Virus record (IMG/VR): IMGVR_UViG_3300027672_000038
Coordinates: 1 to 34,228 of that record
DNA from: a virus
Taxonomy: Duplodnaviria; Caudoviricetes
Length of the DNA stretch: 34,228 nt
Reading direction: 5' to 3' (one strand)
Shown here: piece by piece, positions 27,645 to 34,228 of the stretch
Numbering within the stretch: position 1 is the stretch's first letter
Layout: each line of letters begins with the position of its first letter
The notes under the pieces: generated by a model
Told to the model about the DNA's origin: nothing
Databases searched by the model: none
Seen by the model: the letters and a program-made list of their open reading frames with translations, nothing else
Made by a program: the position numbers and the translations under genes

Positions 27645-27657
27645 TTAACACAATTAT

Positions 27658-27694
27658 AGAGAGGGAGAGTAAAATCTCCTTCTCTTTAACTTTT
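27658..27694 (+). terminator. Hairpin/intrinsic terminator after the capsid gene
   Basis: agagagggaga-gtaaaa-tctccttctct (11 bp, one G-U) followed by an interrupted T tract. Confidence 0.7.
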
Positions 27695-27708
27695 AAAAAA
27701 ATAAAAAT

Positions 27709-28272
27709 ATGGCTTGTAATTTAACAAAAGGAAGGGGAATCCCATGTAGAGATTTAGTGGGAGGTGTTAAGTTTATTTATTTTGCTCAATTAGATGAAAT
27801 TACTTCTTTAACAACTGTAGCATCTGAAATAACTGATATTGAAATGGGTACAAATGATATATACAGATATTCAGTAAGGAGAGGCAATGCTAGTGTTACG
27901 GAAACAATTACTGGCTCTACTGAAAATGGTACTGTTGTTTATGCTCCATCTGTAAATGTAAAGTTAACAGGACTAAGCAAAGCAGATCAAAATGAATTAA
28001 AACTTTTAGCACAAAATAGATTAGTAGTATTTGTACAATTAAATCAAGTATTATCAACTAATGACCATAATGTGATATTATGTTTAGGAGCAGTAAATGG
28101 ATTAGACCTAAATGCAGGAACTAATGCTTCAGGAGCAGCTTTTGCGGATTTAAACGGATACGATTGGACATTTGATGGTCAAGAATTTGCACCAATGCAA
28201 ACAGTAGCTGATTACACAGCAGTTCCGTTTGACAATTCAGGATTTACTATAGGTGCAGTTGTGACGGCGTAA
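27709..28272 (+). CDS. Major tail (tube) protein
   Basis: 187 aa, MACNLTKGRGIPCRDLVGGVK...ENGTVVY...DLNGY; followed by a strong terminator. Confidence 0.75.
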   Translation: MACNLTKGRGIPCRDLVGGVKFIYFAQLDEITSLTTVASEITDIEMGTNDIYRYSVRRGNASVTETITGSTENGTVVYAPSVNVKLTGLSKADQNELKLLAQNRLVVFVQLNQVLSTNDHNVILCLGAVNGLDLNAGTNASGAAFADLNGYDWTFDGQEFAPMQTVADYTAVPFDNSGFTIGAVVTA

Positions 28273-28293
28273 TTAGATTTAATATATAAATTT

Positions 28294-28323
28294 AAGGGAC
28301 TACTTCGGTAGTCCTTTTTTTTT
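28294..28323 (+). terminator. Strong intrinsic terminator
   Basis: aagggactac-TTCG-gtagtcc followed by T9; cUUCGg tetraloop. Confidence 0.92.
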
Positions 28324-28324
28324 C

Positions 28325-28353
28325 CAAACAAAAAAGACTTTTTTCTATTATAT
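28325..28353 (+). promoter_or_regulatory. Putative late promoter 5
   Basis: CAAACAA-N12-TCTATTATAT (28344-53), immediately after the terminator and 3 nt before ATG28357. Confidence 0.78.
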
Positions 28354-28356
28354 AAT

Positions 28357-28845
28357 ATGATACATGGACAATACGATCAACCTTATACTTTTTATACAAC
28401 AACAGAAGAAAAAAGAATAGATAGATCAGTACCTTCATCACAAATTAGATTTCTATATAAATTAACTAATGATATGGATCAAAATGTTGTTTATTCTTAT
28501 GGACAAACACAATTAGTAAATAATAGATATACAAGAGTTAATATGACACCTAGCACAACTGCATTACAAGATGTTTTTACAGGTAAAGTAAATTTTTTAC
28601 CTAATGGATATTGGACATACGAAGTGTATGAGGTAAGTTGGAATAGTGCAAATCCCGTTTTAGCTACAGGTACTGCACCAATAAATGAAACAGATACATT
28701 AAGCCCTCCAAGCAACTCTAAGGGCATAGTACAAGGATTAGTAGAGTTAGGTAAGCTATACATAAAAGAACCTACAGGTGGAGAAGAAGTAAAGTATGAT
28801 TCTTATACAAGACCTGCACAAACAAATTACGTTTACGTTAGTTAA
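28357..28845 (+). CDS. Putative head-completion/structural protein
   Basis: 162 aa (GYWTYEVYE...GLVELGKLYI); function from context only. Confidence 0.6.
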   Translation: MIHGQYDQPYTFYTTTEEKRIDRSVPSSQIRFLYKLTNDMDQNVVYSYGQTQLVNNRYTRVNMTPSTTALQDVFTGKVNFLPNGYWTYEVYEVSWNSANPVLATGTAPINETDTLSPPSNSKGIVQGLVELGKLYIKEPTGGEEVKYDSYTRPAQTNYVYVS

Positions 28846-28857
28846 TAAAATAAAAAA

Positions 28858-29121
28858 ATGGGAATAAAAAATACACAAGCATTATTAAATGAGCAATTAG
28901 GTGGATTAGGTGGAGTAGAGGTTTTTACAACTACTGCACAAACAGGTAAAGATTATTATGCAATATACTTTGTTCAGGAAAGTGTAATATCTTCAATTAC
29001 TATGGCTAATTCTACAGGATCAGCAGCACTTGTAACGACAATACCTGCTGGAATGACTTTATTTGGTAATACTACTGCTATAACTCTTACGAGTGGTCTT
29101 GCTATTGCTTATAAAAACTAA
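28858..29121 (+). CDS. Small beta protein, candidate head-spike base
   Basis: 87 aa, TIPAGMTLFGNTTAITLTSG; directly precedes the fibre gene. Confidence 0.55.
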   Translation: MGIKNTQALLNEQLGGLGGVEVFTTTAQTGKDYYAIYFVQESVISSITMANSTGSAALVTTIPAGMTLFGNTTAITLTSGLAIAYKN

Positions 29122-29124
29122 TAT

Positions 29125-32100
29125 ATGTTAGCATTAGCAAACAAGCTAACCAATTCTACGCAGCCTATCTATAGGTTTGTAAATAAGTATTCTATTGACT
29201 TTGATGGAGTAGATGATGTTATCGTTACTGATGGTGCAGATACTGTTGTTCAGCCTACCACTTATGCTTTTTGGTGCAAATCAAGTACAACAACTGAAAA
29301 TTTTGGAGTGTTTGGACATGGTGGGGTATCAGTTGGTGCATTTCACTTAAATTCTAATGATTTATACCCAATGCTTTATTTAGGTAGTAATTATTGGATA
29401 AAATGGAACGAAAATTCGGCACAAGATGATGGAGAATGGCATCATTATGTAGTTTATTTAACTACAAATTTAATAGATAGCAAGTTGTATTGTGATGGTG
29501 TTTTACAAACAAAAAACACAACATTATCAAGTGGTAGTTTAAATGCTTATACAGAATCATTAAGTATAGGTGGAGATAAAGCATCAGGTGGTAATTACTT
29601 TGAAGGACAAATAGATGAGTTTGCAGTATTTGATAGAGAACTAAAGCAAGATGAGATTACTCGTATGTATAATACCTACTATACACCTAACCGAGTAGCT
29701 AATGGTAACTTTAGTCAAGAGGGTGTAGAAGAAGTAAGTAATGGAGATTTTAGTGAGATAGGTTCAGAATTAGTAACTAATGGCGACTTTGCTAGTAATA
29801 GTGATTGGACTGATGTAAATAATGTTTCTACAATTACTAATGGTCAATTAGTATTTAATAATAACACACTTGGGGGTAAATTTCAATCAACAAGTATGGT
29901 TGTTGGTAAAATATATAAATTAGTTTACACTATAGTTTCCATTTCAAATGGTTATATACAACCAAGATTAGGAGATACAGGTCTTTCTACACAAAGAACA
30001 AGTGCAGGTACATATACTGAATATATTACTTGTGCAGGAGATACAATTTTAAGAGTATATGGTTCAACTACAAATGGTATAATAGACAACATATCCGTAA
30101 AAGAGGTTGGAATAGATTGGAGTTTTAATGGTTGGAATATGGGAGATAATAACCAAGCAGTATTAGCAGGAACAGGTCAAGGAAATAACTTATTTCAACA
30201 AGCATTAACTCAAAATGATAGTTATGAAGCAATAATAGATGTTGTTGTAACGCAAGGTAGTGTAAGAGTAATGTTAGGTGGTGGTTCAGGTGGTTATAAT
30301 CAAATTGGAGAAGCTACATCTACAGGAATTTATACTTATTATGGAAAGTCTAGTGGTAGTGGAAACATTATTTTATTACAATCAGGAAACAATAGCATAC
30401 CAAATAGTGTTAAAATAAATAGCATAAAAATCAAAGAAGTAGGACAGAATTGGACATTAATTGGTACTGCTACTATTTCAGATGGAAAAGCACATATAAA
30501 TTCTCCAAGTGGAGAGTTAGCTGAAATAATACAAACAGGTTCTTTAGTAATAGGTAGAAATTATAAATTAAATTGTGATTTAGATAAAACAAGTGGAGAT
30601 ACTCAATTTGTTAATGGAGGTACATTTATATTAGTAGATGGTTTAAATACTATAAATTTTACTGCTACTACAACAAATGTTTATTTTAAAAGAGGTGCAG
30701 GTTCAGTTGTATCTTCTTTAGACAACGTAGTAGTACAAGAACTAAAGAGTGATGCTACAAACCTAATGCTTAATGCAGGTGCTTATCAGTCAGCTAATCC
30801 ACTAATCACTTCTACTAATAGTATGGAGTTTGATGGTGCAGATGATTATTTAGTTTCAGAATCTCCAACTATAGGTACAGAATTTACTGTATCAGCTTGG
30901 ATAAATACAAGTGATATTTCAGGTTCAAGTGGTTCGTATAGGGCATTTTTTGCAACAGGTGGTTATGGTAGTGGTACTACTTTTAAAATTGGTATAAGGG
31001 ATGATAATGGTAAAATAGAAATATGGCAAGGTAATGCTGCTAAGGGAACAGGAACAAGTAATGTAGGTGATGGTAAATGGCATTTAATTACTTATACAAA
31101 AAATTCAACACAAGCAAAAATATATGTAGATGGTGTTTTAGAAACAACTACTGCTTATACAACTACTTTAACTTTTCCTTATATTTATGTTGGCTTAGGT
31201 GGTTCTAATTCTCCTATACCTGATAATGGTGGTTATTTTAATGGTTTAGTTACAGAGTTTGGTGTTTATGATAGAACACTTACACCATTAGAAATAGCAT
31301 CACTATACAATCAAGGTATGCCTACTAATCTACTTGTAAATAGAAATGACTATCAATCAGGTAACCCTACAGTATTTAATACTAAGCAAGTTGATTTTGA
31401 TGGTGCTGATGATTATTTACAATTAGGTAATTTTAATAATTTAGGTACATCAGATTGTAGTTTTTCATTTTGGGTTAATTTAGATAGTGCTACTAATGTT
31501 ACTTTTGCAGGTAAATTTCAAGATAACAGTAATAGAGTTATATTTTACACTAATGGTGCAAACCAAATTGCTACACAAGGAAGAGTAGGTGGTAATTATG
31601 CTTGGAATTTTACAGGAACAGGAACACCTGTTTTATTAACTCCTTATTTAAACAAATGGACACATATTGCATTTTGTATTGATAGAAGTGCTAATTTATT
31701 GATTTTTATTAATGGAGAATTAAAATCAACAACAAGTATATCAAGCACAGCATCTACAAATGTAGATAACACAGGTAATTGGTTTTTTGGACAATCAAAT
31801 GGTTCATTCTTAAATGGTCAAATGAGTCAATCAGGAATGTGGAATAAAGCATTAACTGCTAATGAAGTATCTTCTTTATACAATCACGGATTACCAGTAG
31901 ACTTAAACACTAATCAAGCAGCTTATACATCTTCATCTAATTTAGTAGGTTATTGGAGAATGGGTAGTGGTACATTAGATGCTTATCCTCTTATTGCAGA
32001 CCAAACAAATGCTACTTTAGGTAATAGTATTTGGGATGGTGCAAGTGGAAGTGAAACAGGTTGGGCAAATTTTGGTAATAACACACATCAAACAGTTGGA

Positions 32101-34228
32101 GATGCTTTGTTAATAACTTATGTTAATAGTTCATCAGGTGTTTATATTTATTTAAGAGATTCAAGTCAGCTAAGTACAGACCTTACTGTTGGTAAAGCAT
32201 ATGAAATAAGTTTTGACACAAAGGTTACAAGTGGTGCAGTAATATGGCAAACACAAAATACTACAAGTTATTTTGCAAACCAAACAAGTTCTACAAGTTA
32301 TATAAATCAAAAATTTACAATTGTAGCAACTTCTGCTACTGATGTTTTCCTTTTCCCTAGACAAATTAATAGTGCAGCATCAGTTTTTATAAAAAATATA
32401 AAAGTACAAGAGGTACAAGGCAACCCTGCAATAATGACCAATATGACTGCTAGTGATATTGAGAATGGTAGTCCTTATGCTAATGTAGTACAGAATGGTA
32501 CTTTTGATACAGATAGTGATTGGACAAAAGGTACAGGAGTTACGATTAGTGGTGGTAAAGCAAATTGGACAAATACTGCTAATAATGTAGGTATTACACA
32601 AAATGATATAATTACAAGTGGTAAAAATTACAAAGTGGTGTTTACTGTTTTTAATTATTCTAGTGGTTCTGTAAGAGTTAGATTTCCTCAAATAACAGAT
32701 AGGGTAACATCTAATGGAACTTATACATACTATATAAATGCTACAAGTACTAATTTATTTTTACAAGGAGAAACAAATGGAGATGCTAATGTAAATTTTT
32801 CAATAGACAACATTACAGTATCAGAAGTAAACACAGGATTACAAGGATATTGGAAGATGGGAGATGGTATTAATGATGAGTACCCTATTATCTATGACCA
32901 AACTAATCCTACTTTAAGTAGTGAGTTAGTTACTAATGGAGATTTTGCAACTGATTCAAATTGGACAAAGGGTACAGGATGGAGTATTGCTAATGGTAAA
33001 GCTACAACTGATGGTACTATAAATACTGATATAGAACAAAATTTTACTGAAACAGGAAAAACATATTATTATTCTGTAACTTATTCTGCTAGTGATACTT
33101 TTAGTTCTAGAATAAGAAGTGGTGCAACAGGTGCTATTATAAACATTCAAGAAGCAGGAACTTATAATGGATATTTTATTGCTAATGGAGTTGAGTTTGA
33201 AATAGTTACTCTGTCTGATAATACAATTTCATATTCAATAGACAACGTATCAGTAAAAGAAGTAAATGGTAACCCTGCAATAATGACCAATATGACTGCT
33301 AGTGATATTGAGAATGGTAGTCCTTATGCTCAATTATTACAAAGTAGTGATTTTTCTAGTTCTACTGGTTGGTCAAACTATGGTACAATATCATTTGGAA
33401 CTAATCTAGTTACTATTGGTGCAAGTTCTAATTCAGGTATATTTCAAGATGGTATTTTGACTAATGGCTTAGAATATAAAGGTACTATCAATGTTACAAG
33501 TTATGATGGAGTTGGATTAGCACAGATAACAAATGGAAGTGGTGGTGTACTTTATTCAATAACAGAAACAGGAATACAAACATTTACATTTACTCATGCA
33601 ATTGCAAGTAGTCAATTAATAATAAGAGGAATGTCAAATGCTCTTTTTAGTGTATCAAGCGTATCAATAACAGAAGTAAACACAGGATTACAAGGATATT
33701 GGAAGATGGGAGATGGTATTAATGATGAGTACCCTGTTATCTATGACCAAACTAATCCTACTTTTGGTGCTAATCAAGTACAGAATAATAATTTTGATAG
33801 TGATACTTTATGGAATAAAGAAGCAGGTTGGACAATTAGTGGGGGTAAATTAATTGCAAACACATCTTCTGTTACTGCTTGTTACCAAGCAGGTGGTGCA
33901 ACTCCTATAACTTCTGGAAAAACATATAAAGTGCAATTTGAAATTACAGATTATACAAATGGTTCTGTAAATTTAAGAGCAGGAACAACAGGTGCTATTG
34001 TTAATTTTTCTACAATAGGAGTTCATTCAACTACAATGGTGGCAGGAGGTGCATTACAAATAAGGTTTGCATCTACAGGTGTAACAAGTTTATCAATAGA
34101 CAACGTATCTGTTAAAGAAGTACAAGGCAATCCTGCAACTATGACCAATATGGTAGAGGGTAATATCACTAACCAATATCCACTAACTAAGATTAGAAAC
34201 TACTATAGAATGGGAGATGGTATCTTAG
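29125..34228 (+). CDS. Giant multi-lectin fibre/adhesin (3 LamG/ConA-like plus 8 CBM-like domains in this part), 3'-partial
   Basis: Hand translation finds no stop for 1701 codons from ATG29125 (MLALANKLTNSTQP...). LamG motifs FDGxDD / DGxWH / YxDG / FxGxIxE..YN at ~29188, 30820 and 31387; CBM-like NGDF..W....DNVSVKEV units. Absent from the ORF track because it has no stop in the window. Confidence 0.93.
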   Translation, partial: MLALANKLTNSTQPIYRFVNKYSIDFDGVDDVIVTDGADTVVQPTTYAFWCKSSTTTENFGVFGHGGVSVGAFHLNSNDLYPMLYLGSNYWIKWNENSAQDDGEWHHYVVYLTTNLIDSKLYCDGVLQTKNTTLSSGSLNAYTESLSIGGDKASGGNYFEGQIDEFAVFDRELKQDEITRMYNTYYTPNRVANGNFSQEGVEEVSNGDFSEIGSELVTNGDFASNSDWTDVNNVSTITNGQLVFNNNTLGGKFQSTSMVVGKIYKLVYTIVSISNGYIQPRLGDTGLSTQRTSAGTYTEYITCAGDTILRVYGSTTNGIIDNISVKEVGIDWSFNGWNMGDNNQAVLAGTGQGNNLFQQALTQNDSYEAIIDVVVTQGSVRVMLGGGSGGYNQIGEATSTGIYTYYGKSSGSGNIILLQSGNNSIPNSVKINSIKIKEVGQNWTLIGTATISDGKAHINSPSGELAEIIQTGSLVIGRNYKLNCDLDKTSGDTQFVNGGTFILVDGLNTINFTATTTNVYFKRGAGSVVSSLDNVVVQELKSDATNLMLNAGAYQSANPLITSTNSMEFDGADDYLVSESPTIGTEFTVSAWINTSDISGSSGSYRAFFATGGYGSGTTFKIGIRDDNGKIEIWQGNAAKGTGTSNVGDGKWHLITYTKNSTQAKIYVDGVLETTTAYTTTLTFPYIYVGLGGSNSPIPDNGGYFNGLVTEFGVYDRTLTPLEIASLYNQGMPTNLLVNRNDYQSGNPTVFNTKQVDFDGADDYLQLGNFNNLGTSDCSFSFWVNLDSATNVTFAGKFQDNSNRVIFYTNGANQIATQGRVGGNYAWNFTGTGTPVLLTPYLNKWTHIAFCIDRSANLLIFINGELKSTTSISSTASTNVDNTGNWFFGQSNGSFLNGQMSQSGMWNKALTANEVSSLYNHGLPVDLNTNQAAYTSSSNLVGYWRMGSGTLDAYPLIADQTNATLGNSIWDGASGSETGWANFGNNTHQTVGDALLITYVNSSSGVYIYLRDSSQLSTDLTVGKAYEISFDTKVTSGAVIWQTQNTTSYFANQTSSTSYINQKFTIVATSATDVFLFPRQINSAASVFIKNIKVQEVQGNPAIMTNMTASDIENGSPYANVVQNGTFDTDSDWTKGTGVTISGGKANWTNTANNVGITQNDIITSGKNYKVVFTVFNYSSGSVRVRFPQITDRVTSNGTYTYYINATSTNLFLQGETNGDANVNFSIDNITVSEVNTGLQGYWKMGDGINDEYPIIYDQTNPTLSSELVTNGDFATDSNWTKGTGWSIANGKATTDGTINTDIEQNFTETGKTYYYSVTYSASDTFSSRIRSGATGAIINIQEAGTYNGYFIANGVEFEIVTLSDNTISYSIDNVSVKEVNGNPAIMTNMTASDIENGSPYAQLLQSSDFSSSTGWSNYGTISFGTNLVTIGASSNSGIFQDGILTNGLEYKGTINVTSYDGVGLAQITNGSGGVLYSITETGIQTFTFTHAIASSQLIIRGMSNALFSVSSVSITEVNTGLQGYWKMGDGINDEYPVIYDQTNPTFGANQVQNNNFDSDTLWNKEAGWTISGGKLIANTSSVTACYQAGGATPITSGKTYKVQFEITDYTNGSVNLRAGTTGAIVNFSTIGVHSTTMVAGGALQIRFASTGVTSLSIDNVSVKEVQGNPATMTNMVEGNITNQYPLTKIRNYYRMGDGIL
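32422..33330 (+). repeat. Linker A: exact 60-nt direct repeat (32422-32481 = 33271-33330)
   Basis: aaccctgcaataatgacc...gtccttatgct (NPAIMTNMTASDIENGSPYA), offset 849 nt. Confidence 0.95.
32822..33764 (+). repeat. Linker B: 94-nt direct repeat with 1 mismatch (32822-32915 / 33671-33764)
   Basis: cagaagtaaacacagg...aatcctacttt (EVNTGLQGYWKMGDGINDEYPxIYDQTNPT), offset 849 nt. Confidence 0.95.

Noticed and set aside
2289-33150. All minus-strand ORFs in the track (e.g. 2289-2558, 6595-6885, 16095-16382, 26777-27082, 32380-32691)
   Set aside because: They are short, largely antisense to well-supported + strand genes, have no motifs, and their F/S/I/C-rich composition is typical of shadow frames.
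32422-33764. CRISPR-like repeat/spacer array
   Set aside because: Repeats are 60/94 nt, intervening segments 340-364 nt, all in one open reading frame, and no cas genes are present.
34093-34228. True direct terminal repeat or clean circular overlap
   Set aside because: The window end matches from base 111, not base 1, has 3 mismatches, and bases 1-110 match a different internal site.
1-34228. tRNA/rRNA genes, IS elements, introns/inteins, stop-codon reassignment
   Set aside because: Intergenic gaps are too short and lack cloverleaf motifs, no transposase motifs were seen, TerL and capsid are normal length, and the standard code already gives near-complete coding density.

Overview
Near-complete (about 33-34 kb), very AT-rich tailed-phage genome (siphovirus-like) with every credible gene on the + strand. 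The host is probably a Bacteroidota/Flavobacteriia bacterium, judged from TTG-N19-TAnnTTTG promoters, A-rich starts without Shine-Dalgarno motifs and an ECF-like sigma factor. Gene order: portal, adaptor, lysis, phosphoesterase | early/replication genes (SSB-like, DnaA-domain-IV-like, HTH initiator with iterons, NinG, sigma factor) | ParB-like, ABC-ATPase-GNAT fusion, TerS, TerL | frameshifting tail chaperone, tail genes, short tape measure | protease, scaffold, capsid, tail tube | putative head-spike base and a giant fibre gene. The fibre gene is missing from the ORF track: it starts at 29125, runs off the right end and is completed by 1-1394. It is the most unusual element. It has nested (Russian-doll) LamG/CBM-like domains and divergent cassettes bounded by near-identical DNA linkers. 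The window ends show two different in-frame cassette arrangements, and a hand scan found no GATC in the gene. Other highlights are a five-copy late-promoter motif, a candidate ~59-nt antisense sRNA after terL, and a candidate DNA-modification cassette. All product calls come from motif recognition by eye, not from database searches.
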